DNA of 64,000 nt from an uncultured delta proteobacterium (GCA_963789265.1 CAWBKB010000007.1:320001-384000), one strand, 5' to 3'; positions 52,601 to 62,247 are shown, counted from the stretch's first letter. Notes: a model not told the origin generated them from the sequence alone. Program-made: numbers and translations.

Positions 52601-52761
52601 CCCAATGTGACATTCTGCCCGGTGAGGCTGCTCAACTGATCCTGTACTCGGATACGGATCAGATCCGTCTCCGGCAAAACACTTATGCTTATCACCACTG
52701 CGGTGGTGATAAGAATCACCAGCAAGATAAGGGCTACTAAAATGCGCCGAAAATGTCTCAT
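49690..52761 (-). CDS. AsmA-like/DUF748 envelope (lipid-bridge type) protein
   Basis: N-terminal TM anchor; long amphipathic beta-rich body; AsmA-like C-terminus (FQSVAGDI.LKSG...TDNL.LKG). Confidence 0.8.
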   Translation of the reverse strand: MRHFRRILVALILLVILITTAVVISISVLPETDLIRIRVQDQLSSLTGQNVTLGPLKVSWSFPRLISLNVRGISITSKDGAKLVSADKLILIPSLAPLLKKEIAIESMTVEGLSVSVRRSQTGTIQGALIPLSPTYAGKASPKKKNAKPELTVVSDGRQAGATNARPENHLHLSINEVKLVDGRVDWIDQKISPGTVVERSLKQINGTLERNAVRNVVSVNITGRLDRGQPKDHSVRIEGQAALSEDQSKVERIVMDVSSDSLELKPFHIYFPPMPSVALKFKNAAVRAHLSWEKAGPVKLALKTVLKIDPHGNTHVNIQSDILIASDLSGIQSLQGTAETDMLPMALFKTSFPRQLPFNPESGIVRAAINGNWNAANNWKLQGTLSLENVVPTTVYRGIASKVSLWAQAKLDPDQLLLDSLEIRGAGRIVSMRGKVAHPFSGNRSLDLQGEIPLRPEWLKHLGIQLPRALHIPGPLPIRWIARGFPRRLWLDASADITSTALEWVPYLKKDSGKKGNISVKGIFYPWKEQKNLEPAIVTIGMIGSRIRLSPHGPWASGLAVRLASKVVLKSNTADLGDTSVVVRRENEATDLLTAKTSIAALGSGDPTINGTATLAFNSATIALAGLELPAGATVSGSAPLKAKFAGSPQAMTWSVELPLTYLDVNVKHVFRKQGGVAGSLNATGRFSHKELDLTSGRLTLPGVMLMGRGVLRDRNGKFQEVALDLKKVDFRNILRYLPGVTGVKLSGPAEATIRLIQSDKSIIPAGFVRLLAVNYQQERAGWGLEKIKGTIETTNGDAEIPELTGTIHGLIEGPLKVKGSVKHVTSLEKLNGRLSLEIGQGRMKAGLLKNALKGLRVFVGTLLDPQTAVAKSDILEFQSVAGDIVLKSGTASTDNLRLKGHDLSAGLIGTLRLTPSQLDLLARIQTVTGAGNLLGKIPGVQKFIKKHEGLLKVTGLGKELKRFGIEVPDSRETKAQAPQPVKTPVTVILKIHGPAQSPEVTPMLETALDRVTASKLKSLTN

Positions 52762-53050
52762 TGTCTGCTCCCAAGAACCGGGCAAGAGCCGGTACAGGTT
52801 CAAGCTTCATTCTGAATGGACCCCCATACCCGCCATCGGTTCTGATTCACAGCGAGCACATCGAAACAGTGAGACCCCGATTCCACACCGGTACATTACA
52901 TAATTGGCCCTTAAAGACTCGGCCAAATATTTCATTAATCATTCTTGGCGGTTCTACCTGTTTTGGCGCTTTTTCACAAGCGTTTTGTAAAATGATATGG
53001 GATTTCCTTCAAATGCCGCTTTATCGCAAGCGAAAGTCCTCTTTCTAGCG

Positions 53051-53080
53051 TTGACAATACGCTTAATAAGGGTCTATAAA
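53051..53080 (+). promoter_or_regulatory. Sigma70 promoter candidate
   Basis: TTGACA-N18-TATAAA ending 8 nt before ATG 53089. Confidence 0.55.
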
Positions 53081-53088
53081 ATCAGACC

Positions 53089-53733
53089 ATGAGCAGAAAA
53101 ATATTTGCAGTAGGGGATATCCACGGCTGTTACGATAAACTCGTGGCCATGATGAGAATTCTTCCTTGGCGCAAAGACGACGGTGATCTACTCCTATTTA
53201 TAGGTGATTATATTGACCGCGGTCCAAAGTCTCGCGAGGTTGTGGAATATCTCGTACGGCTTCGGAAGCAAGGTGGCAATTTCGTATTCTTAAAAGGAAA
53301 TCACGAAAAGATGCTTCTGGATTATTACATTCAGCAAAAGGATCAAATGCTTTACGTGGCCAATGGGGGAGCGGAAACAATCGCCAGTTACGTCGAAGGT
53401 GGTATAGGAAGAAAGGCTTTTGTCTTGCCTGAGGAGCATCTTGAATTCTTTTTGTCTCTCACCTTGCATTACGAGACCGCTGACTACATTTTTGTTCATG
53501 CAGGATTGAGAGACGGTGTGCCTTTGGATGAGCAGTCGGAAGAAGACCTGCTCTGGATCAGAGAAGAATTCATCTATTCTGCGTACGACTGGAGCAAAAG
53601 AATAATTTTCGGGCATACCGCCCTTGAGATACCGTTTGTAACCCCAGGGAAAATAGGAATCGACACCGGCGCAGTCTACGGAAACAAGCTGACCGCGGTG
53701 GAACTCCCGCGCATGAAGTTCTATCAGGTCTGA
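53089..53733 (+). CDS. Metallophosphoesterase (PPP-type Ser/Thr phosphatase family)
   Basis: GDIHG, GDYIDRG, GNHE, HAG, FGHT and IDTG. Confidence 0.93.
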   Translation: MSRKIFAVGDIHGCYDKLVAMMRILPWRKDDGDLLLFIGDYIDRGPKSREVVEYLVRLRKQGGNFVFLKGNHEKMLLDYYIQQKDQMLYVANGGAETIASYVEGGIGRKAFVLPEEHLEFFLSLTLHYETADYIFVHAGLRDGVPLDEQSEEDLLWIREEFIYSAYDWSKRIIFGHTALEIPFVTPGKIGIDTGAVYGNKLTAVELPRMKFYQV

Positions 53734-53958
53734 TCGTGCTACTCAAAAATCCCTAATTATACACCGCGGAGAAGGCAGTTCGCAGAGAATTCTGCTTTCT
53801 TCGAGCGTCTATGCGAATTGGGAAGGACTGCTTACGGTATGTGATCCCGCGAGACGCGGGAAGGGCAATGCCGATCTGACCTCCCGGACAGGTGACTGAC
53901 GTCGAATTGAACAAGCTGTCTTTTATCTCAGTGTTCCCGGCGGATCCCGCTTCTCGCG

Positions 53959-54136
53959 CATAGGAGTTAACTTAAGGCAATTTCGTTCCTTTTCAAGATG
54001 TGAGTGCAGGCCGAGGGCGGTCAAAGTCCCCCTTTTCTAAAGGGGGATTTAGGGGGATTTTCAATGAGTTATCCCAAAATCCCCCCTGGCCCCCCTTTAC
54101 GAAAGGGGGGAATAAATCGTTAACTTAACGCCTATG
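53959..54136. mobile_element. IS4-like MITE (178 bp) with C/G-run palindromic core
   Basis: TIR cataggagttaacttaa / ttaacttaacgcctatg; 11-bp TSD cgcttctcgcg (53948-53958 and 54137-54147). Confidence 0.9.
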
Positions 54137-54229
54137 CGCTTCTCGCGGGACGGTGAATATTGAAGCGGTTGGAAGGTTACAGAGGTCCTTCAGACCAAGC
54201 GGTGGCTAATAATCCGGCACTTGGTGCGT

Positions 54230-55105
54230 TCAACCTTTCCATCCGAGGGTCCTTAAGATCCAATTCTTAAGTATTTCAATACAATGCGCGTTGAGTCTCA
54301 GGCGGTGCATCCCTCCGGGAATAACAGAAAGTTCCGCTACACCTGCCGGAGCATGATTGAAGATTTCCGTAGCTTGCTCTAAGGGGATCAGTTCGTCTGC
54401 GTCACCGTGAACGATCAGAATGTGCTTCGCACGTACCTGACCTATCCATCGCCTTGGCTCTATGTCTCTGAAGCCGTCAATCCAGCGATCCAGACTCGGC
54501 GGAAATCCCGGGCTCTTGACTAGGCCCCTTTCTTTGAAATCTGCCACGATCTCGGCCGGGTCTTTCTCAAATGTTCCAAAATGGGCCGGCGTTCCAACCG
54601 CGGCAACTCCGAATACACGCGTGCTCTCGGCGGCAACCCGGATCGCTGCGGCACCGCCTCCGCTGAATCCCAGGAGGATCACACGAGTAGGGTCAATGTG
54701 AGGTGTGTTCAGGACCTTGTCCAGCACAGCCTCCAAATCACGAACCCAACCCGTCATATCAAAGTTTCCTCCGGACTCGCCGCACCCTCTGAAATTGAAA
54801 ATTACAACTGCAATTCCCAAGGACAAGAACTCTCGCGCCAATCCCTCGTACCCGGGATCATCCGAGGGTCTTGCCACCCCGCTACCGGGAATGCCATGAC
54901 AGATAATCAGTCCCGGATACAACATGGCTGGCCGGTCCGACGGGAAAAGAAGCTGCCCGGCAATTGCAGCCCCGTCAGAAAACACTCTGAATGACTCTTT
55001 GAGCCCCTGATCGGTCGGACCGAGGTCTGCGCGCGCGTGCGGTTTCTTGATGCGAAGGGCCTGCAGGAGCTTTCCAAACATAATTTTTATGAGATTAATC
55101 TCCAT
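54230..55105 (-). CDS. Alpha/beta-fold hydrolase
   Basis: CHGIP, FNFRGCGESGG, GFSGG and VHGDADE. Confidence 0.9.
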   Translation of the reverse strand: MEINLIKIMFGKLLQALRIKKPHARADLGPTDQGLKESFRVFSDGAAIAGQLLFPSDRPAMLYPGLIICHGIPGSGVARPSDDPGYEGLAREFLSLGIAVVIFNFRGCGESGGNFDMTGWVRDLEAVLDKVLNTPHIDPTRVILLGFSGGGAAAIRVAAESTRVFGVAAVGTPAHFGTFEKDPAEIVADFKERGLVKSPGFPPSLDRWIDGFRDIEPRRWIGQVRAKHILIVHGDADELIPLEQATEIFNHAPAGVAELSVIPGGMHRLRLNAHCIEILKNWILRTLGWKG

Positions 55106-55263
55106 TCAAGGTCCTCTCCATTGTTCCAAGGAATTTACCAAATCCGTCGCCTGGCGTCCACGGCCGCAAACAAAGGAAAGGGGCCCGCGTTGGGGCCCCT
55201 GGAAAACTTGCGCTGTGCGGCGACTGATGAACTTAAATTGCGTGTTGAAACTAAGTGCCGCTT

Positions 55264-56217
55264 TCACTCTCTCGGATAAATTCTCCCGCAAAGAGGACAT
55301 AAGTAGACTTTTTCTCTAGCCAGAAACATGAACGATCCGACCGTAAAAAACGAAGCACCGGCCAAAAAGAAAATAGCCGTGGCACAGACTACCACCAACC
55401 TCTCCAGCGAGTAACCGTTAAAGAAACCGACCATCAGGCATCCCAGCAGTCCAAGGATTAGACAGGTGGCAGACATCTTAATCGCCACATAACTTCGGCC
55501 GCGATCATAAACATCGCGCAGAACTGCCTGCATCCTTTCCCGGCACGAGTCGCACTGGGCTCCCACGGACCGCCCATTTGTGTGATCATCGTCAGCATAA
55601 TCAAAAGGGCTGCCCTGGACTATTTCATCCAGGGGATCGTTGAACGTCGGCCGGCTCTCACGCGAGCTGTCCACTCTCGTAAAATAGACTTCGTGTCTTT
55701 CTTGCTCCGGCTCTGTGGCATGTTCGTTTTCCGGCCTGAGTGGGGGCGAATCGTACGGCACGTGTTCCTGCGCTACGCGGCAGCTAGAGAGACCCCTGGC
55801 TCCAGAATCGGCGCCCTTTTCTCGTTCACCGCAGGAACTCCGGCGAATGTCAGGTACAGCCGTTTCCGGTCGGCGCTCCCGGTTCATCAACTCCTGAAAA
55901 GAGACGCCGCACGTAGGACAAATGTCAAACATCGTGTCGTGCGCTACCAGGCAGGACGGACAAATGAAGCGAGCTTTCTCCTCTTCCTGTCGCGACTCTT
56001 CTGCCCGGCGAAGATTATCCCGCCTGGCATGAGCCTGGAGTTCTCGAGTATCAATGATGTGACGCTCCAAGAGCATGCTATAGAATTTTTCCAACCCGGC
56101 GGGAGTGAGATGATATCTTCTCAGAAGTTCCCCATCCGAAATCCCGGCGTGAAAATCTTCCAGGAAATCCTTGACCTTAATCGTTCGTTTTTCCGGACTA
56201 CATTGGTTCGTGTTCAT
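55264..56217 (-). CDS. Hypothetical membrane protein with an N-terminal helical module and zinc ribbons
   Basis: IKVKDFLEDF..G.SD.EL...Y.L...GL module; CPSC/CPTC, CDSC/CPLC; two TM helices. Confidence 0.75.
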   Translation of the reverse strand: MNTNQCSPEKRTIKVKDFLEDFHAGISDGELLRRYHLTPAGLEKFYSMLLERHIIDTRELQAHARRDNLRRAEESRQEEEKARFICPSCLVAHDTMFDICPTCGVSFQELMNRERRPETAVPDIRRSSCGEREKGADSGARGLSSCRVAQEHVPYDSPPLRPENEHATEPEQERHEVYFTRVDSSRESRPTFNDPLDEIVQGSPFDYADDDHTNGRSVGAQCDSCRERMQAVLRDVYDRGRSYVAIKMSATCLILGLLGCLMVGFFNGYSLERLVVVCATAIFFLAGASFFTVGSFMFLAREKVYLCPLCGRIYPRE

Positions 56218-56537
56218 GGTATTTCACCTCGCGTGGACAGTGCAATTGTTTTATATCAAATAATTGACAATCTAGCAAGTAAAATTGCATTGTTATATTT
56301 ATTTCTTATAATTAACTTTAACATTGCCCGCACCTCTTGCCGATCCGAAGTTGTAAAACAGGCCATTGTCACCTTGCAAAGACTGGAGCTTTGGGCTAGG
56401 CTTTCAACTCTAAAACAAGGTTGAAACGGCCTGACCACCACAAAACGGCGTGGCTCATCCCTTTGCCGGGGTAACTTTTGGGCAATAGGGTTGAGAGAAT
56501 TAATTCACTTGCAGCCGGCGGCTCCGGAATATGTCGC

Positions 56538-56945
56538 ATGACAAAAATTGGTGTATCTCTCGTTGCCTTTTTGATATTTGCACCCTGCCTCCTGGGGCCA
56601 TTGAAATGTGCGAGTTCCGCCGAAGAAGGAGGGGCCTCTCTCGTCTGCCGCCCCGTTCTTGTTCCCGCCCACTCCGTTGAACTCGGAAAAGCCGGCGAAT
56701 TTACGTGGACCTGTGCCGGTGGGAACCAGAAAGGCAACGGCTTTTATATTGTGTTTATTAGGCCGGCTGGCACGTACGTGCTTTTGAAGGTCCCTGTGAA
56801 CAAAACGTCTTTTGAGTTTACACCTGATGTTCCCGGGCCATGGCGCTGGATAGTCATCAATACCGACCCTGATCGGGCTAAACCGGATGTCGAATCCAAG
56901 CCAGGCCATTTTCAGGTGTTGCCTGCGGCGGAATCGGAACATTAG
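56538..56945 (+). CDS. Exported hypothetical protein
   Basis: Signal-like N-terminus and beta-rich domain (FEFTPDVPGPWRW). Confidence 0.65.
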   Translation: MTKIGVSLVAFLIFAPCLLGPLKCASSAEEGGASLVCRPVLVPAHSVELGKAGEFTWTCAGGNQKGNGFYIVFIRPAGTYVLLKVPVNKTSFEFTPDVPGPWRWIVINTDPDRAKPDVESKPGHFQVLPAAESEH

Positions 56946-57181
56946 CCGACGGACCGACTTCTGAAAAGGCTTCGATTATATCCCTTTATAGTCCGTGCTC
57001 AGCAAGGACAAGCATGGGCTTTTAGTTCGGGAAGTGCATGTGACCCTTCACCGGCCGATTTCCGTATGTTATAGATTTGGGCCTGATTGTTGACCTGCGG
57101 CCTGGTTAAACAAGATCGGAACAAGAGTGGGGATGCGGGTCAAACGGCACGAGTTCATTTTGTAGAGAAGGAGAAACACCC

Positions 57182-58654
57182 ATGACGCGAGGCCGATGCC
57201 GGTCTGTTTATATCCCGGTCCTGGCGATGCTTGCGATCGTGATGCTTGCGACGATTCCGCCTGCCCCCGCTGTTGCGGAAGCTCCCCCGGCCCTCAAACA
57301 ATTGGAACAGGCTTTTGTCAGGGTGGCTGAAATGTGTACCCCCACTGTGGTTAACATAAGGTCCTCAAAGAAAGCGAGTTCTGCCCAAGTTGGGACGGAT
57401 CTGGAGCCATTTTTCAGATCGCCTCGTTTTAGGAAATTTTTTGGCGGTGAAGATTTCTTCAAGAATTTCAAGAAAGGTCCCCACTACGATGGCGGCTTTC
57501 GGACCGAAGGCATGGGATCCGGCGTCATCGTATCCGCTGACGGTCTCATTCTTACAAATTCACACGTCGTGAAAGACTTTGATGAAGTCAAGGTAACCCT
57601 CGCGGACAAACGATCCTTTAAGGCCAAGGTGATTGGAGCAGATCGAGAGAGCGATATTGCAGTGGTGAAGATTGAAGCCACCGGACTGCCGGTAGCCAAA
57701 TTCGGCGACTCTTCCAAACTGCGCGTCGGCGAGATCATTTTAGCAGTGGGTAACCCCTTTGGATTCAATCGGACTGTCACTTCCGGGATTGTCAGCGCGA
57801 CGGGCAGATCTAATGTGGGAATTATCGGATACGAAGATTTCATTCAGACCGATGCTGCTATCAACCCCGGCAATTCCGGGGGACCTCTGGTCAACATCAA
57901 CGGCGAAGTGGTCGGAATCAACACTGCCATAGCTACAGTCACTGGCGGTTATCAAGGGATCGGGTTCGCAATTCCGGCTAATTCAGCCAGATCGATAATG
58001 GATGACCTGGTCAAGAACGGCAAGGTTCGTCGAGGACTCCTGGGGATCAACATCCAGGATCTTGACGAATCACTTGCGAAATCGTTCGGAGCGACCCGAA
58101 CCAATGGAGCGCTCGTTGCCCAAGTGATCGCCGAGAGCCCGGCTGAAAAATCCGGCATCAAATCCGGCGATATCATTCTGAAGTATAACGGAGAGCAGGT
58201 AACGGACGCTGCGCACTTGAAGAATATGGTGGGACGCGAAAAGCCGGGGGCCAAGGCGAAATTGACAGTATACAGAGACAAGAAGAGCTTTGACGTAGAC
58301 GTCACGGTGGGGGAACGCACCCAGAAGGCACTTGCATCCGCAACACCACCGACTCCGGTGGAAAAATCAAACGAACTAGGGGTAAAAATCGAGAAGGTGC
58401 CGTCCGAGTTGGCGCACAGGATGCATTTGAAGGCCGGGGAAGGGGTCCGAATAAAGGAAATTTCGAATTCCGACGGAGCAGGGAGCAGAATGGGACTACG
58501 AGTGGGCGATGTTATCCTGGAAGTGGATGGAAAGCCTGTTTCAGATGTCAAGGCATTCAATAAGGCCATTGCACAGGCGAAGAGCAATGGGCTCGTGCGT
58601 TTGAAGATCCAGAGGGGGTCGGCAAAGGTATTCCTCGGTTCTTCGCTGGGCTAG
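57182..58654 (+). CDS. DegP/DegQ (HtrA) serine endoprotease with two PDZ domains
   Basis: GSGVI, TNSHV, DIAV, TDAAINPGNSGG; two PDZ domains. Confidence 0.95.
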   Translation: MTRGRCRSVYIPVLAMLAIVMLATIPPAPAVAEAPPALKQLEQAFVRVAEMCTPTVVNIRSSKKASSAQVGTDLEPFFRSPRFRKFFGGEDFFKNFKKGPHYDGGFRTEGMGSGVIVSADGLILTNSHVVKDFDEVKVTLADKRSFKAKVIGADRESDIAVVKIEATGLPVAKFGDSSKLRVGEIILAVGNPFGFNRTVTSGIVSATGRSNVGIIGYEDFIQTDAAINPGNSGGPLVNINGEVVGINTAIATVTGGYQGIGFAIPANSARSIMDDLVKNGKVRRGLLGINIQDLDESLAKSFGATRTNGALVAQVIAESPAEKSGIKSGDIILKYNGEQVTDAAHLKNMVGREKPGAKAKLTVYRDKKSFDVDVTVGERTQKALASATPPTPVEKSNELGVKIEKVPSELAHRMHLKAGEGVRIKEISNSDGAGSRMGLRVGDVILEVDGKPVSDVKAFNKAIAQAKSNGLVRLKIQRGSAKVFLGSSLG

Positions 58655-59026
58655 GGCACTTTGCTGACACAGCAGGCCCTACGACTACGACATAGGACAC
58701 CGAAGGCCCTGATTTGCAGGGGCGAAGGGCATTTTCTCCTGACGGCCCTCGCGGCACGCGGGGTTGCCCCTACCGATCCTGGATCCGCGCCTGGGGCCGC
58801 GGGTGAATTCTCCACCTTCTCCGCGCATCCCGCGTCGCCGGGAAAGGTAGTCCCGCTTGCCCGCTGAACAGTTGGCCCCCTTGGTAAGGTCTACCTAGGC
58901 TCTCACAGAACAAGATCGTGGAAACCTGTCATAGACCGATTCGCTTTCATACATGTGAGACGACGGGTACCCCGCCGGTCAAGACGTTCTTAATCATTCT
59001 TTTGAAAGCTAAATGGTCTTGGACTG

Positions 59027-59368
59027 TCAGATGAATTCCACTATCACCTGGTATCCATGCGGTTCGAGATCCTTGAGCAGAGCGTGCGCAGCCTGTTGAA
59101 AGAGGGATTTATGTTCTTTTGCGCTGCCGACTCGGCGCATTTCTCCTCGAAAGACGCTGTCTTTGGAATCAAAAAGACCGTCATTGAAGTAGGTGTCAAG
59201 GGCCTCTTCCCACCCACCTCTCAATTCCCCATTCCGGGAATGTTCCAGCGCAAAACGTATTTCCTCACGCCGAAATTCTTTGGCAACGCGCACCTCGACG
59301 TGAAGACCGGCTCTGTAGGTTATATCAGCGACCAGCTTCCCTTTTTGGGATATGTGCGCGACGATCAT
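59027..59368 (-). CDS. Hypothetical protein
   Basis: Protein-like 113-aa ORF in an otherwise empty gap. Confidence 0.6.
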   Translation of the reverse strand: MIVAHISQKGKLVADITYRAGLHVEVRVAKEFRREEIRFALEHSRNGELRGGWEEALDTYFNDGLFDSKDSVFRGEMRRVGSAKEHKSLFQQAAHALLKDLEPHGYQVIVEFI

Positions 59369-59774
59369 CGTGGCCTATCCTGGCAGGAAGAGATCTTGGG
59401 ACTGGCGAGACAATACGCGCAGTGCCGTTGTAAAGGTAGTAATGCTAGCAACCTCCGCTTCCAGTGTCCAGAGTAAATCTCGCAATCAAGGTTGGAGAGC
59501 TTGACAACACCTCTGGACTGGTTTATGGATTCCTATCTCGCTGGGTCGTGTGCCTATGTCCCCGTAGACTCAGCCAATTTGGAGTTTGGCCCTTGGCCTC
59601 ACACGGTTTTCTGAAACGTGAATTCGACGACTGAACGACAACGGCTGCACGTGCAACCCTCGTTGAAGTCCAAGTCACGTGCCGAGAAGACCATTCATGG
59701 TGTTTCGCTTTGAGGGGATTGGTTGGCGTTGCGTACATGCCAAGAAAGATCTTCCAAAATGACCGGGGGGATTC

Positions 59775-60017
59775 TTGCCGAAGGGCATCCTGCAACCCGA
59801 TGGGAGGTTGGTTCAAGTGATGGATCCGTGTCCTGTACTGGTGAAAGGTAACCGAGAATCGGACAGACCTTACAGAAAAGTGGACTGCGACCATTACAGC
59901 AGTTGCCTGGACACCGCCTTGAGGAGTCGCTGGTCTGATTTCTCGTGCTGCCAATGCGAGGCATACACGAGGACCCGATTTATCGAACAAGCCACTGGCT
60001 CGGACGATTACTGGTAA
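59775..60017 (+). CDS. Small Cys-rich protein (C..Y..CLD.A....W..F.C..C)
   Basis: Four spaced Cys in a motif pattern; start uncertain. Confidence 0.65.
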   Translation: MPKGILQPDGRLVQVMDPCPVLVKGNRESDRPYRKVDCDHYSSCLDTALRSRWSDFSCCQCEAYTRTRFIEQATGSDDYW

Positions 60018-60043
60018 GGGGTTCCCAGACACAAGGGAAGACC

Positions 60044-60718
60044 GTGAGGCTGCTTGTCCCTGTCGTTATATGGGCTGTGGCGTTCGCTTTTGTGGAATCG
60101 GCCGTGGTGGATTACCTTCGAGCCCTCTATTGCCCTTTGGCCCACGGTGGGTTCAAATTCCCTATTCAAACCGTCGAGCAAATCAGAGCTTTGGGGGAGG
60201 AGCATTGGCGACGCCTTATCGTGGAACTGGGCAGAGAGCTCGCTACACTTGTGATGCTTGCCACTGTGGGGATTGTGGCCGGGAAGAATCGCCGCGAGTC
60301 TTGGGCCTATTTCATGATAGCCTTCGGGGTCTGGGACATATTCTATTATCTTTGGCTTAAGCTTTTCCTTGACTGGCCGCCCAGCATAATGACGTGGGAT
60401 CTGCTCTTCCTTGTGCCGGTGCCGTGGGTGGCGCCGGTATTGGCTCCTATTCTGGTTTCGTTAGCCCTGATAACTTCGGGCATTACCGTGCTTTGTTACG
60501 AGAGCGCGGGGCGGCCTCTTGACACTTCTGCGAAGGACTGGGCCCTGGTGATCGGCGGAGGATTAATGGTAATCATCTCCTTTTGCTGGGACTGGATCAA
60601 TATTATGAGTGGCGGCTATCCAAATCCTTTCCACTGGCTTTTATTTTTCGCCGGTTTAGCCCTTGGGGCCGGAGGCTTTGTAGCGATCCTGATTCGCCAA
60701 CCTGTCACACCTGTCTGA
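60044..60718 (+). CDS. Conserved integral membrane protein
   Basis: ESAVV.YLR, E..RE.AT, FGVWDIFYY and FLVPVPW..PV. Confidence 0.8.
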   Translation: MRLLVPVVIWAVAFAFVESAVVDYLRALYCPLAHGGFKFPIQTVEQIRALGEEHWRRLIVELGRELATLVMLATVGIVAGKNRRESWAYFMIAFGVWDIFYYLWLKLFLDWPPSIMTWDLLFLVPVPWVAPVLAPILVSLALITSGITVLCYESAGRPLDTSAKDWALVIGGGLMVIISFCWDWINIMSGGYPNPFHWLLFFAGLALGAGGFVAILIRQPVTPV

Positions 60719-60961
60719 AAAGCATGCACTGTCCCGCCGGCCTCAGAAATTGGCTTTGCCGAGATCGACTTTGCACCCATTGCGTACAGGTTTCGATTCA
60801 ACCCGAACTTGACTCGATTCTCGGCCTTTGGTAATCATTTAGGGTCAGACCCGGATTCCGTATGCATCCCGGCTTGCTCTGCCGCCACGCCCGCTCGACG
60901 CCGGGAACAAGCCCCGGGCCCGCACAATGCAGATCCCCGTCCGGAAACGAATGGAGGCTTT

Positions 60962-62035
60962 ATGGGAACCGTACCGCGCAACAGGACCGGCTCGCAAACG
61001 TATGACGAAAATAACCTCGGTTTCGGAAGCATCTTTACAGACCACATGCTTCAGATGTCGTTTTCCTCGGTCAAAGGAGGATGGCAGCCGCCGCAGATTC
61101 TCCCCATGGATAACCTTCGTCTCCATCCGGCGACGATGGTTCTGCACTATGGGCAGCAGGTCTTTGAAGGTTTGAAGGCTTTCGCAGGGCCGAACGAAGA
61201 CGATATTTTCCTTTTCCGGCCTAATATGAATATAAGGCGCTTTAACAAGTCCTGTGCGCGAATGTGCATTCCTGAAGTAGATCCGGACCTATTTTTGGAC
61301 CAGATGTGCCGTCTCGTCAGGTTAGACAGGGACTGGATACCAAGGGCTCCAGGTACGTCGATTTATGTTCGTCCCACAATAATCGCCTCGGAACCACACC
61401 TGGGGGTAAGACCGGCCGAGCGATATCTTTTCTATATCATCCTTTCCCCCGTGGGAGCCTACTATCCCGAAGGCTTCGCGCCGGTAAAGATCCTGGTGAC
61501 GGACAAGTACATCCGTGCGTGCAGAGGCGGAGTAGGTGAGGCCAAAACCGCTGCAAACTATGCTGCTTCCCTCCTGGCCGCGGAAGAGGCTCATGACGCC
61601 GGGTTCACACAGGTTCTGTGGCTCAATGCGGTAGACAAGGTCTCCGTGGAGGAAGTGGGCACAATGAATATCTTCTTTCGGATCAGTGATGAAATCATCA
61701 CTCCTGCGCTGGAAGGGACGATCTTGCCCGGCGTGACGAGAGATTCTGTTATTCATTTCGCGAACGACAGGGGCTTAAAGGTCACCGAACGACACATTTC
61801 CATAGAAGAGGTCGTCCACGGGGCTGAAGACGGAAGCCTGCAAGAGATCTTCGGGTCCGGGACGGCGGCTGTTGTGTCCCCGGTGAGCAGCTTCCGCTAC
61901 AAGGGGGTGGACTATCAGGTGGCGGACGGTAAGACCGGCGAGGTGGCCGCGATGTTGTTCGAGGAGCTTGTGGCGATGCAGACCGGTGTCAAGCCGGATC
62001 CTTATGGGTGGGTAGTGAACATCGGGAAGGAATAG
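60962..62035 (+). CDS. ilvE: Branched-chain amino acid aminotransferase
   Basis: LGFG..FTDHM, LHYGQQVFEGLKA, AKTAANYA, EEVGTMN and LPGVTR. Confidence 0.95.
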   Translation: MGTVPRNRTGSQTYDENNLGFGSIFTDHMLQMSFSSVKGGWQPPQILPMDNLRLHPATMVLHYGQQVFEGLKAFAGPNEDDIFLFRPNMNIRRFNKSCARMCIPEVDPDLFLDQMCRLVRLDRDWIPRAPGTSIYVRPTIIASEPHLGVRPAERYLFYIILSPVGAYYPEGFAPVKILVTDKYIRACRGGVGEAKTAANYAASLLAAEEAHDAGFTQVLWLNAVDKVSVEEVGTMNIFFRISDEIITPALEGTILPGVTRDSVIHFANDRGLKVTERHISIEEVVHGAEDGSLQEIFGSGTAAVVSPVSSFRYKGVDYQVADGKTGEVAAMLFEELVAMQTGVKPDPYGWVVNIGKE

Positions 62036-62125
62036 GGGCACCCGCTGCAGGTACCCTTCTGGTACCTAATCTAACTGTTCAGGCTTGTGGGACAGGCTCT
62101 ATTCAATGGCGTCGTCTTACTTGTT

Positions 62126-62247
62126 ATAACCATTCAGTCTTGTGGGGCAGGCTTTCCGGCCTGCCGAAGAAACCCCTGTTCAATGGCGGGCTAGAAAGCC
62201 CACCCCACGAAACCACCTGCAAATTACGGCTGTAACTGAATGCATAC
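62126..62247. mobile_element. IS66-like MITE (122 bp) carrying a GTGG-type REP doublet
   Basis: Imperfect TIR ataaccattcag / ctgaatgcatac; 8-bp TSD tacttgtt (62118-62125 and 62248-62255). Confidence 0.78.

Noticed and set aside
58700..58845. tRNA-Sec or SRP RNA in the GC-rich stem after degP/Q
   Set aside because: A long stem is possible, but there is no UCA anticodon arm, T-loop or SRP GGAA/AGCAG motif.
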